Assembly: GCA_036265555.1 (NCBI GenBank)
Contig: DATAOX010000036.1
Location: 1-56,875, forward strand
DNA: 56,875 nt
Origin: Solirubrobacterales bacterium
GTDB lineage: Bacteria > Actinomycetota > Thermoleophilia > Solirubrobacterales > 70-9
Reading direction: 5' to 3'
Shown here: piece by piece, positions 1 to 9,300 of the stretch
Layout of the letters: each line of letters opens with the position of its first letter
Numbering within the stretch: position 1 is the first letter of the stretch
The notes under the pieces: generated by a model
Databases searched by the model: none
The model's input: the letters and a program-made list of their open reading frames with translations, nothing else
What the model was told of the DNA's origin: nothing
Program-made: the position numbers and the translations under genes

Positions 1-1060
1 TTCCGGCTCCGTTGTCGGTTCCACCGCCGACGCCGGCGACCACCAGCCAGGTTCCCACGGCAAGCAGGCCGAGCGTCGCCACGCAGGCGAGCACCTGCAA
101 AAGCCGCCGGCGACGCTGCGACGGTGGGCTGCCGAACACCCTCGGCGGAAGTGGCGGTCCCTCGTGCGACGGCGCTCTCATCGGCGCAGTGGGCTGGTGG
201 ATCTGGGCCGCGACCTTCTTTGACCCGTCGGCCACAGCGGCCTCGAGATCGCGCACCAGGGCACCCGCGGAGGCCTGTCTTCGGTCCGCGTCGGCGTCCA
301 TACCCTGCGCGAGTACGCGGCCGAGTCGAGGCGGCGCGCTGGGCCACGCGTCATTGATGTCCGGCGGCGGGTCGTGGAGTACTCGGTGCAGAAGCTCGCC
401 CGGCGTGTCTGCGCGGTAAGGGGGGCTCCCGGTCAACGCCTCGAATGTCAGCACGGCCAGGGAGTAGACGTCGGATGAGGGCTCGCCCACCGACTCCCCG
501 GCGAGGCGCTCGGGAGCGATGTAAGCGAGCGTTCCCATGACCTCGTTCTCCGCCGTGATCTGCGTCATGTGCCCGGCGGTCGCGGTGCCGAGGTCGACGA
601 GCTTGACCACGCGGCTCTCCGCGATCAGGACGTTCGCCGGCTTTACGTCGCGGTGAACGACCCCGTGCTGATGGGCATGGTCCAACGCGGCGGCCACCGG
701 AGTCACGATCTCGAGCAGCCGCCGGGCATCCATGCCGTCCTCGCGGATGAGGCCCGAGAGTGGGCGCCCCCGGACGTACTCCATGACGATCAGGACACCA
801 TCGCTGCTCGACACCGTGTCGAAGACCGTGACCAGGTTCGGGTGGACGAGCGCCGCGCCGAGGCGCGCCTCACGGCGGAACCGCCGAATAGCAGCCTCGG
901 AGCCCTCGGGATGCAGGCGCTTGATCGCGACGTCCCGGCACAGCACACAGTCCTCGGCCAGGAACACCGTGGCCGTGCCGCCCGCCCCCAGCCTCCTACG
1001 GATGCGAAACCGCTCGGCGAGCACATCCCCAGGCTGAATCCCTCCCGCGACGACACTCAT
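1..1060 (-). CDS. Hanks-type Ser/Thr protein kinase with a C-terminal TM segment; the 3' end runs off the window
   Basis: My own minus-strand translation from ATG at 1058-1060: MSVVAGGIQPGDVLAERFRIRRRLGAGGTATVFLAEDCVLCRDVAIKRL...HRDVKPANVLI...DLG...LAYIAPE, then a Pro-rich linker and the hydrophobic LLQVLACVATLGLLAVGTWLVVAGV. Absent from the ORF track because it is open at the window edge. The + ORF 569..1324 is its antisense shadow. Confidence 0.9.
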   Translation of the reverse strand, partial: MSVVAGGIQPGDVLAERFRIRRRLGAGGTATVFLAEDCVLCRDVAIKRLHPEGSEAAIRRFRREARLGAALVHPNLVTVFDTVSSSDGVLIVMEYVRGRPLSGLIREDGMDARRLLEIVTPVAAALDHAHQHGVVHRDVKPANVLIAESRVVKLVDLGTATAGHMTQITAENEVMGTLAYIAPERLAGESVGEPSSDVYSLAVLTFEALTGSPPYRADTPGELLHRVLHDPPPDINDAWPSAPPRLGRVLAQGMDADADRRQASAGALVRDLEAAVADGSKKVAAQIHQPTAPMRAPSHEGPPLPPRVFGSPPSQRRRRLLQVLACVATLGLLAVGTWLVVAGVGGGTDNGAG

Positions 1061-1472
1061 AACGGGCTAGTACCCGAACCCACCGGTGTCACAAACGCGC
1101 CGCCATCGTCAAGCGGATCCGACGCGGCGGATAGAGAGAGGCCCCGGCCGACACAGGATCCAGGCGGTAGCCACGGAACCCGAGCAGGACCGACCGGGGC
1201 CAGGAGCCCCATTCTATCCCTCGGCTCACTCCCCAACCCGGGTTCGAGGCGGCGGACGCCCGGCGTCCAAGCTTGGCAAACGGCGCAACTTCCTCGGAGG
1301 CGTTGTGTTCCAAGTGTCATGTGAGGCACTCCCCTCCGGAGTCCGAGGGACCTCCCCATCAGGGGCTGCCCTCACTCGCAGCCAGATCGACAGGAGCCCC
1401 CGCGGTGGGATATAGGGCGGGGGCTCTTGTCAGCGGCTGTAATGAAGTGCGGTGCGCTGTGTACTTCTTGTT

Positions 1473-1634
1473 GTGACGAGTGACCAGAAAGCGCGGGAGT
1501 TCGTGGAGATGCTGGCGGTCCCCGAGGATGCGGAGCCGCCGCCCTGCCCCATCTGCGGGTGCGAGCACCCGCTTGAAACCAGATGCGCGCGTTCGACTGA
1601 CCGCCGTCTCGAAGCCCCCTCTTCGCGGGACTAG
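1473..1634 (+). CDS. small CPxCG mini-protein (about 53 aa), paralog of 47240..47416
   Basis: In frame with track ORF 1452..1634. GTG at 1473 gives VTSDQKAREFVEMLAVPEDAEPPPCPICGCEHPLETRCA, 28/38 identical to the second copy. A TGTACT box lies 7 nt upstream of the GTG and there is no SD. Confidence 0.55.
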   Translation: MTSDQKAREFVEMLAVPEDAEPPPCPICGCEHPLETRCARSTDRRLEAPSSRD

Positions 1635-1653
1635 CCCGAGCAAGCCCGCCCGC

Positions 1654-1956
1654 TCAGCTGGGGAGCATCCTCCGGATGGCGGCGGATCCGGCGACGATTT
1701 GCACCCGATCCGCCGCGTCCCGAGAGTGCTGCTGCGCCCAGAGCACCGTCCGCAGCCCGGCCGCGTCGATGAACCTCACCTCGCTGAGGTCGAGAACGAT
1801 CGACGATGCGCCGCTCTCAAAGGCGCGGAGCAGCGAGCGCTCCAGGGCGGGGGCGCTGGCGATGTCGAGTTCGCCCTCGGCCCGAATCGCCCGCGAATGG
1901 TCCTGGTCCTCGATTCGAATGGTTAGCGACCCTTGCTGTCGGGCGGAAGAAACCAA
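1654..1956 (-). CDS. STAS-domain anti-sigma-factor antagonist (SpoIIAA/RsbV-like), non-phosphorylatable variant
   Basis: C-terminal 100 aa of track ORF 1654..2268: LTIRIEDQDHSRAIRAEGELDIASAPALERSL...IVLDLSEVRFIDAAGLRTVL. TTG start at 1956 is preceded by GGAAGGAG (1964-1971) at 7-nt spacing. Confidence 0.8.
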   Translation of the reverse strand: MVSSARQQGSLTIRIEDQDHSRAIRAEGELDIASAPALERSLLRAFESGASSIVLDLSEVRFIDAAGLRTVLWAQQHSRDAADRVQIVAGSAAIRRMLPS

Positions 1957-2280
1957 TCGAGTTCTCCTTCCTCGTCCCCATCGAGCGTGAGTGAGCCCGG
2001 TCACAACGCCGGCCCGGTTTCGGCGATGTGGCGGTCCGGCCCGGGAGCGGCGGGTGCGGCGGTAGCATCGCCGGTCGAGCCAAGCTGATGCCCGCTCGAC
2101 GCTGACCTGCAATCGCTGGTCAGATCGCCCTGGTACGGGCGACCGACGCGCTGCTCCGGGGTCTTTGATCACGGTGCCCTTCCGTGCACGCGCTTGGTTT
2201 GACGGACTACCCATCGTGGCACCCCAGGAACCCGGTGCCCCCGGTTGTTTCCTGACAGTCATCGTCATCCGCTCTTAGAG

Positions 2281-2679
2281 CTAGATGTGGTACATCCCCG
2301 CGCCGGCCTCCTCCGCCTCGCGGCGGGCGATGTCGCCGATGGTGGTCGAGCGGAACACCTCGCGCAGCGCCTCAACCCCCTCGGCCCAGATGCCGCCTGC
2401 CTCCTTGCCCTCTTCGCCGAGGCGACCGTCGAGCGACTGGACCACCTCCAGCACGGTGATCTCCTCCGGTGGGCTCGCAAGCGTGTAGCCGCCCTTGACC
2501 CCGCGGTGGCTCTGGAGGAGGCCGTCCCGGCGAAGCGTCGTGAACAGCTGCTCGAGGAACTGAACGGGCATCGCCCGTCGCTCGGCGATCTGCGCGATCG
2601 GGACCGGCCGATCGCCGGACCGCGCCAGCTCCGCCATCGCGACCACGGCGTACCGTGACTTCGAGGTGACCGAGATCAT
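2281..2679 (-). CDS. Rrf2 family transcriptional regulator
   Basis: MISVTSKSRYAVVAMAELARSGDRPVPIAQIAERRAMPVQFLEQLFTTLRRDGLLQSHRGVKGGYTLA is a typical Rrf2 winged helix. ATG at 2679 chosen over the longer track ORF (to 2748). No three-Cys cluster motif is visible. Confidence 0.85.
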   Translation of the reverse strand: MISVTSKSRYAVVAMAELARSGDRPVPIAQIAERRAMPVQFLEQLFTTLRRDGLLQSHRGVKGGYTLASPPEEITVLEVVQSLDGRLGEEGKEAGGIWAEGVEALREVFRSTTIGDIARREAEEAGAGMYHI

Positions 2680-2796
2680 CTGTGGTTGTTCTATCGGAAC
2701 TGCCGGCAGGGGAAAAGGCTCGCTTTTTCCGGCGAGGCTCGATGACACGCCCGGCGCTCGCCGTTAGGATGACCCGCGGGGCCGCTGCTCGGGGTC

Positions 2797-3477
2797 GTGT
2801 GGTTGATTCGCGCCGCGTCTACGGCGATGCTGGGCTCGGTCCGAGTGAGGACCGTGAACGACGACCGCCGCTGCCTGGTCATAGATCCACAACCGACCAT
2901 CCGCCTTGGGGTGCGAGAGGCGCTCGCGGATCGCTATGACGTGGAGGAGGCCGAAACGGGGTCGACGGCCCTGGAGCTGTTGACGTCCATTGGCGACTTC
3001 GACGTGGCGATCGTCGATCTCTGCCGCTCGAACGGGGCGCAGGCGGACGACGACCTCATGGGCACGGCCGCGATCCGGGCGCTCCGCAAGGCCCAGCCAA
3101 GCCTCGGGATCGTCGCCCACGGTCCCCACCGGGAGCATTACGCCGCTACCGAGGCGATCCGAGCGGGCGCAACGGCCTATGTCGTGAAAAGCTCGTCAGT
3201 GGAGTCGCTGAGCGACGCCGTCGACGCGGCGGCCGAGGCCGAGCGGTTCGTGGACCCAGTCACGAAGGGGACGCGTGGGCGTCCCGTCCTCACCCGCCGC
3301 CAGCGCCAGATCCTCCAGCACTACGCGGACGGCCACTCAACCGCTCAAGTGGCGAAGCGCCTGGGCCTGAGCGCCGAAACGGTCCGTACGCACACCAAGG
3401 CGATCCTCGCCCGTCTTCGGGCACGCGATCGCGCTCACGCGGTCGCCGTCGCCCTGCGGGCGTCGCTGATCGAGTAG
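2797..3477 (+). CDS. orphan response regulator, NarL/LuxR family
   Basis: Receiver domain (CLVIDPQP...DVAIVDL...) plus a LuxR-type HTH (LTRRQRQILQHYADGHSTAQVAKRLGLSAETVRTHTKAIL). Start is uncertain: GTG 2797, ATG 2827 or GTG 2854. No adjacent histidine kinase. Confidence 0.85.
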   Translation: MWLIRAASTAMLGSVRVRTVNDDRRCLVIDPQPTIRLGVREALADRYDVEEAETGSTALELLTSIGDFDVAIVDLCRSNGAQADDDLMGTAAIRALRKAQPSLGIVAHGPHREHYAATEAIRAGATAYVVKSSSVESLSDAVDAAAEAERFVDPVTKGTRGRPVLTRRQRQILQHYADGHSTAQVAKRLGLSAETVRTHTKAILARLRARDRAHAVAVALRASLIE

Positions 3478-3488
3478 GGCCCAGCCAT

Positions 3489-3504
3489 CCCTGGCCGGCC
3501 AGGG
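3489..3504. terminator. GC-rich perfect palindrome between convergent genes (possible bidirectional terminator hairpin)
   Basis: CCCTGGCCGGCCAGGG lies between the response-regulator stop (3477) and the gltX stop (3525). No U-tract. Confidence 0.35.
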
Positions 3505-3524
3505 CGGTCCGTCGACGGGTCCGG

Positions 3525-4934
3525 TCAGCCAGCCCCGAGCCTGCGCAATGCCGCATCGATCCGGCGCAGCGACTCCTCGCGGCCGAGCGCCGAAAGCGAC
3601 TCGAAGATCCCCGGCGAGACGGTGGTGCCCGTGATCGCCACGCGGATCGGCTGGTAGACGTCCCTCGGCTTTCGGCCCGAGCGCTCGACGATCGGGCTCA
3701 GAACCCCCTCGACGGACTTCGCGGAAAAGCCGTCCGCCGACCGCAGGGCGTCGCGGGCCCCGATCAGAGGATCGCGCGCGTCAGGCGTCATAACCTTCTC
3801 CCAGGCGCCGGGATCCTCGACCGGATCCGCGAAGAGGAAGCGGATCAGCAGCCACACCTCGTCGAGCGTCTGGGCCTTGTCGCGGACGATCTCGCAGGCG
3901 GTCCGCCTCAGCTCGGCCGGAGCAGCAAGGAAGGCTGCCGCTGCGTCCTTCGACCGCGCCCGCAGGTGCTCGCCGAGGCGGCGCTCGTACTCCTCGAGCG
4001 GCAGCTCCCGCATGTAGCGCCCGTTCATCCAGCGCAGCTTGCGCGCGTCGAATATCGCGGGCGAGCGCCCGACGCGCTCGATCTCAAAGCGCTCGACCAG
4101 CTCCTCGGTCGACATCAGCGTCGTGTCGTCCTCGGTCCCCCACCCCAGCAGGGCCAGGTAGTTGCGGACCGCGGCGGGGAGATAACCGGCATCGCGAAGG
4201 TCCTGCACGGAAGCGGCGGCCTCGCGCTTCGAGAGCTTGCCCCCGCTGGGGGAGTGAAGCAGCGGGAGGTGCGCGTAGCGCGGCGGATCGGAGCCCAGCG
4301 CCCTCAGCACCAGGAGCTGCTTCGGCGTGTTCGAGAGGTGGTCGTCGCCGCGCACGACGTCGGTGATCCCCATATCGGCGTCGTCCACGGCCACAGCGAG
4401 GTTGTAAAGCGGCGTCCCGTCCCCGCGAGCGATGACGAAGTCGTCCTGGCTGCGGTTCTCGAAGCGGACCTCGCCCCGGATGGCGTCGTCGACGACGGTC
4501 TCACCCTCGTCCGGTACCCGCAGGCGTATGGCCGCGCCCGGCGCCGAACGCGCCTCCCCACGGTACCCGGCACCGCCGTGTGCCTTCTTCCACGTCCGCA
4601 CGTCCGCCGATGTGGCGGGGTCGTAGTAGGCGTGACCCTCGTCCACGAGGCGCGCGATGACGTCGCGGTGACGATCGCGGCGCTCGTACTGGCTGAGGGG
4701 CCCCTCATCCCAGTCGAGCTCGAGGTAGCGCAGAGCGTCCAGGATCTGCTCCGTGTTCTCCGGCGTCGAGCGCTCGCGGTCGGTGTCCTCGATCCGCAGG
4801 ACGAGGGTCCCACCCGATCCCCGCGCCAGGAGCCAGTTGTAAAGGGCGGTCCGGGCTCCGCCGATGTGCAGCCAGCCCGTCGGGGATGGGGCGAAGCGAA
4901 AGCGGCTCTCAGGGCTAGTCTGGCGGCTCGACAT
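3525..4934 (-). CDS. gltX: glutamate--tRNA ligase
   Basis: HIGH-region FAPSPTGWLHIGGARTALYNW and KMSKS-type KLSKR. ATG at 4934 gives MSSRQTSPESRFRFAPSPTG. The track ORF extends to 4976. Confidence 0.95.
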   Translation of the reverse strand: MSSRQTSPESRFRFAPSPTGWLHIGGARTALYNWLLARGSGGTLVLRIEDTDRERSTPENTEQILDALRYLELDWDEGPLSQYERRDRHRDVIARLVDEGHAYYDPATSADVRTWKKAHGGAGYRGEARSAPGAAIRLRVPDEGETVVDDAIRGEVRFENRSQDDFVIARGDGTPLYNLAVAVDDADMGITDVVRGDDHLSNTPKQLLVLRALGSDPPRYAHLPLLHSPSGGKLSKREAAASVQDLRDAGYLPAAVRNYLALLGWGTEDDTTLMSTEELVERFEIERVGRSPAIFDARKLRWMNGRYMRELPLEEYERRLGEHLRARSKDAAAAFLAAPAELRRTACEIVRDKAQTLDEVWLLIRFLFADPVEDPGAWEKVMTPDARDPLIGARDALRSADGFSAKSVEGVLSPIVERSGRKPRDVYQPIRVAITGTTVSPGIFESLSALGREESLRRIDAALRRLGAG

Positions 4935-5802
4935 GCTGATCGGCGCGCATGTTTCCACAGCGGGTGGGCTTCCCAAGACGATCGAGCGCGGGGTCGAACG
5001 CGACTGCGACGCGATCCAGATTTTTCACCAGAGCCCGCGGATGTGGCGGCCGACCGCCTACGGCGACGACGACTTCGCCGCGTTCCGGAAGGCGATGGAG
5101 GAGTCTTCCATCCAGGCCGTTGTCATCCACGCCGTCTATCTCATCAACGCGGCCAGCAAGGAGCGGGGGATTCGCCGCAAGTCGCTCGCCTCGTTGAAGC
5201 AAGCCCTGGACGTGGGCGACGGGATCGGCGCGATCGGCGTGGTCCTGCACGCGGGCGCCAGGAAGGGTGAGCCCCACCGGCCGTCGGTGAAGCGCGCGGG
5301 CAAGCTGATCCGCGAGGCGCTCGAGAGCTCCGAGAGCTGTCCGGTGCTGCTGGAGAACACCGCAGGAACGCAGGGACCGTTGGGCAAGAACTTCGACGAG
5401 CTGGCGGAGTTGATCGAGGCCGCGGGGGCGGGGCCTCGTCTGGGGACCTGCCTCGACTGCTGCCATCTGTTCGCCGCCGGCTTCGATATCTCCACCCCGC
5501 AGGCGCTCGCGCACGTCACGGAGGAGCACGATGCCAAGGTGGGTGCCGAGCGCCTCGTATGCGTCCACGTGAACGACTCCAAGGTCGCTTTCGGGGCCAA
5601 CCGGGATCACCACGCGAACCTGGGGGATGGCGAGCTCGGCCGAACGGGCCTGCGCGTGTTCCTGTCGGAGCCCCGCTTCGAGAAGCTGCCGGCGCTCATC
5701 GAGACGCCCGGGCCGGACGGACACGGACCGGACCGCAAGGAGGTGCGCACGGCCAAGCGCCTGCGGCGGGAGGGCCTCAGGCGGCGCAGGTCGCGCCGCT
5801 AG
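4933..5802 (+). CDS. nfo: endonuclease IV (AP endonuclease family 2)
   Basis: MLIGAHVSTAGGLPKTIERGVERDCDAIQIFHQSPRMW...HAVYLINAAS...VLLENTAG...CLDCCHLFAAG...HVNDSK. ATG at 4933 matches the canonical Nfo N-terminus. Confidence 0.9.
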   Translation: MLIGAHVSTAGGLPKTIERGVERDCDAIQIFHQSPRMWRPTAYGDDDFAAFRKAMEESSIQAVVIHAVYLINAASKERGIRRKSLASLKQALDVGDGIGAIGVVLHAGARKGEPHRPSVKRAGKLIREALESSESCPVLLENTAGTQGPLGKNFDELAELIEAAGAGPRLGTCLDCCHLFAAGFDISTPQALAHVTEEHDAKVGAERLVCVHVNDSKVAFGANRDHHANLGDGELGRTGLRVFLSEPRFEKLPALIETPGPDGHGPDRKEVRTAKRLRREGLRRRRSRR

Positions 5803-6194
5803 GCGATCGCGTCTCGCAGGTCGAAGTGACTGCCCACGCCGGCGTCGCAGTCGAAGAAGCCCGGGTTGACGCACTCGTGCGCGGGACCACCGCCCTCGTA
5901 GGCGGGCTCAACGCGAAACTGGCACTGCGGGAGCGGATCGCCCGTCATCTTGATGCCGCCGTACCCGCCGCCCCGCTCAGCGGCCTCGAACTGGCTCATG
6001 TCGATCTCCGCTCGGAATACCTTGCGCATGCAACCCATGTAGCGGGCACCACTCAATGGGTCCAGGTAGCTGTAGAGGTAACGGCAACGGAGCTCCAGGC
6101 AGCCGCGAGGCTCGACCATCCGATCGCAGAAGGTGCGGCACTGCCGGCACTCACCGGCGGTAGTGCGCTGCTCGGACGGTTGGGTCAGCGGCAT
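5799..6194 (-). CDS. Cys-rich hypothetical protein (10 Cys in 131 aa)
   Basis: Track ORF with host-like GC3. Contains CRQCRTFC...C...C...C...C...C...C and no family I can name. Its stop overlaps the nfo stop in a CTAG. Confidence 0.6.
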   Translation of the reverse strand: MPLTQPSEQRTTAGECRQCRTFCDRMVEPRGCLELRCRYLYSYLDPLSGARYMGCMRKVFRAEIDMSQFEAAERGGGYGGIKMTGDPLPQCQFRVEPAYEGGGPAHECVNPGFFDCDAGVGSHFDLRDAIA

Positions 6195-6201
6195 GAGTAT
6201 C

Positions 6202-6295
6202 GGTGGTGAGGAGCTTTAGCTCCGAAACTGGCTGGTGCCGTTCATTGGTTGGTGGTGAGGAGCTTTAGCTCCGAAACTGGCTGGTGCCGTTCATT
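6202..6295. repeat. perfect 45-bp tandem direct repeat (2 copies, period 49 bp)
   Basis: GGTGGTGAGGAGCTTTAGCTCCGAAACTGGCTGGTGCCGTTCATT at 6202-6246 and 6251-6295. Each copy has the hairpin GGAGC-TTTA-GCTCC. About 56% GC in a ~70% GC context. Sits between the dnaE stop and the Cys-rich ORF start. Confidence 0.9.
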
Positions 6296-6333
6296 CGCGT
6301 CGCAGTCTAGACCTGTAAGCGCTCGCCGATTGG

Positions 6334-9300
6334 TCAAGCGGCCAGTGCTCGAGGGCCCAGGAGCTGGTCGAGCTCCGCGCGGAGCGCCGGCGACGGGGCG
6401 ACGCAGTAGTCGCTGCCGAACCGGAGGCGGCGCGTCCCCTCGCGCGTCTGCATCTCGAGCTGGACCTCGCAACTGCCGGGGAAGGCGCTGAAGATGGACT
6501 TCAGGTCCTCGAGGAGCTGCGGCCCGAACGAGCCGGAGTTCACGCGCAGCACGATCCGCTCGGGGTCCCGGGCCCTGGCCTTCGCGCGGGCGGCCGCGAG
6601 CTCGTCCTCGCCCGGTTCGAACGGCTCGGCTTCCGCGACCACCAGGCTCATCTCCCCGCGGCCCTTGTGGTCGACACGGCCCCGCGCCAGGATCACGCGG
6701 TCGAGCTCGATCTGCTCCGCGGCCTCACTCGTCGCATCGCGGACGAACAGCTCGACCCGGCCCTCGAGGTCGTCCAGCGTCGCGAACATGACGTAGGCCC
6801 CGCTGCGCGTGCGAACCTTCTTCGCCTCGCTGACGATCCCGCCGACCGTCACCCAGGCGCCGTCCTCCTTGCCGCCGACGTCCGTGAGGCTGCAGTCCAC
6901 GCGCTCCCGCAGGGCGTCGCGGACGTCCGCCAGCGGATGCGCCGAAAGGAAGGTTCCCAACGTGTCCTTTTCGAGGCGCAGGAGCTCGCGCTGGTCGAAC
7001 TCCTCCGTTGGCACCGGAGGGCGTTGGCTCACGAGGCCGCCGTCCAGTGGCGACGCCTGCTCCGCACCGCCCCCCAGGTCGAAGATCGAGGACTGCCCGC
7101 GGCGCGCGTCCTCCTGGGACTTCTGCGCGCTGCCGAGCGCCGGCCCGAGGACGTCGAGCATTCCCCTCCGGGGATCGCCGGTGGAGTCGAGCGCTCCGCA
7201 CTTGATCAGGCACTCCACGGCGCGCTTGTTGACCGCCCGCGCGTCGACGCGCTCGCAGAAATCCCAGATCGACTCGAAGCCCCCACCCCGCTCGCGGGCG
7301 TTCAGGATGGCCTCGACCGCCGCGTGGCCGACGTTCTTCACGGCGTCGAGCCCGAAGCGGATCGACTTCCCGCTGACGACGAACCCGTGATCCGACGAGT
7401 TGACGTCAGGCGGCAGCACCTCGATCCCCATCTCCTCACAGCGGTTGACGAAGAACGGGACCTTGTCCTTGGTCGTCATGACCGAGGAGATGACGGCCGC
7501 CATGTACTCGGCCGGATAGTTCGCCTTCAGGTAGGCGGTGTGGTAGGCGATCAGGGCATAGCAGGCGGCGTGGCTGCGGTTGAAGCTGTAGTCGGCGGCA
7601 GCCGTCATCAGCGACCACAGGTCCTGCGCGACCTTGCGATCGGTCCCCGACTCCGCCAGCCCGGCGAGGAACTTGTCCTTCATCTGCGCCATCAGGTCAC
7701 GCTTCTTCTTGCCCACGGCCTTGCGGAGGTCGTCCGCCTCGGCGGGGCTGAACCCCGCCATCTGCTTGGCGATCTCCATGAGCTGCTCCTGATAGATGCA
7801 GCAGCCGTACGTGGAGGCGGCGATCGACTGAAGCCGCTCGTCCGCGTACCGAACCGATGACGGGTCGCGCTTGCCGCGCGCGTAGTCGTCGATGAACCGC
7901 ATCGCGCCGGGCCGGTAGAGGGCCACGAGCGCGACGATGTCGTTGAAGCGAGTGGGCCGCACTCGGCGGAGCGCGTCGCGCATGCCATCGGACTCCAGCT
8001 GGAACACTCCGACCGAGTCTCCGCGGGAGAGCATCCCGAAGGTCTCGGGGTCGTCGAGCGGAATCTCCTCGATGTCGATCCTCGTTCCCCGAGATCGCTC
8101 GATGATCTCGACGGCGTCCTCGATCACATCCAGGTTCCGAAGCCCGAGGAAGTCCATCTTCAGCAGGCCGATCTCCTCGATGGGGCCCATCGAGTACTGG
8201 GTCACGATCTTGTAGGAGCGCTCCGGCCGGCCATTCGAACGCGCCGCTCCATTGCCGTTCCCAGCCGGGCCGCTGCGGTCCTCGGCGAGCTGGAGCGGCA
8301 CGATGTCGTCGAGGGGGCGGTCGGCGATCACGACGGCCGCCGCGTGGATCGAGTTGTTGCGAACGATGCCCTCGAGCCCCTGCGCCACGTCGAGTATCCG
8401 CCGGGCGTCGGCGTCGGCGTCGTAGGTCCGCCGGAGCTCCGTGCCCTCGGCCAGGCACTCGGCGAAGCTCGGGTTCCTGCCCAGAACGGGCTCGGGGATC
8501 TGCTTGGCGACGCGATCGCCGGTCCCGTAGTCGAAACCGAGGACGCGCGCGGCGTCGCGGGTGGCGGCGCGCGGCGCCATCTTGCCGAAGGTGATGATCT
8601 GTGCGACCGACTCCCGCCCGTACTTCTCGGCCACGTAGCGGATCACGCGCTCGCGCCCGCGCACCGAGAAATCGATGTCGATGTCAGGCATGGACTTTCG
8701 CGCCGGGTTCAGAAAGCGCTCGAAGAGGAGCTCGTTCGCGATCGGGTCGAGATCCGTGATGTTCAGCGCGTAGGCGACGATCGAGCCCGCTGCGGAGCCG
8801 CGGCCGGGCCCGACCGCGATGCCGTTCTCCTTCGCGAACCGGACGAAGTCCCAGACCATCAGGAAGTAGGAGTCGAAGCCCATCTCGCCGATGACGCCGA
8901 GCTCGAACTCGAGGCGCTCAGCGGCCTCGGCGGGCCGCGGATCGCCATAGCGGCGCGCGAGGCCGTCGGTCGCCAGCCGGCGGAGCATCGCCGCGGGGGT
9001 TTCGCCGTCCTGAGTGGGAAAGCGCGGCAGGAGCAGGCGTCCGAGCTCCATCTCCACGTTGCAGCGCTCCGCCACCTCGAGCGTCGTGGGCACCGCCTCG
9101 GGCCAGCGGGCGAAGGACTCCGCCATCTCCTGCGGGCTCTTGAGGTAGTACTCGTTGGTGTCGAAGGTCAGCTTGGGGTGCTCGATCGTCGACTTGGTTT
9201 GCACGCACAGGAGCGCCGCATGATTTGAGTGGTCCTCGCGCCGCAGGTAGTGGACGTCGCCCGTGGCGACGAGCGGGCGACTGAGCTCGCGCGCAGTGCG

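Noticed and set aside
1061-1472. Possible ncRNA in the 410-bp gap between the kinase gene and the CPxCG mini-gene
   Set aside because: It contains a few short GC hairpins. I found no match by eye to RNase P, SRP, tmRNA, 6S or riboswitch consensus blocks, and no terminator. It is left unassigned rather than reported.
6242-6491. ORFs 6242-6472 (-) and 6249-6491 (+) spanning the 45-bp repeat and the dnaE 3' end
   Set aside because: They run through a perfect noncoding tandem repeat and into the dnaE coding region. Composition is shadow-like and there is no motif.
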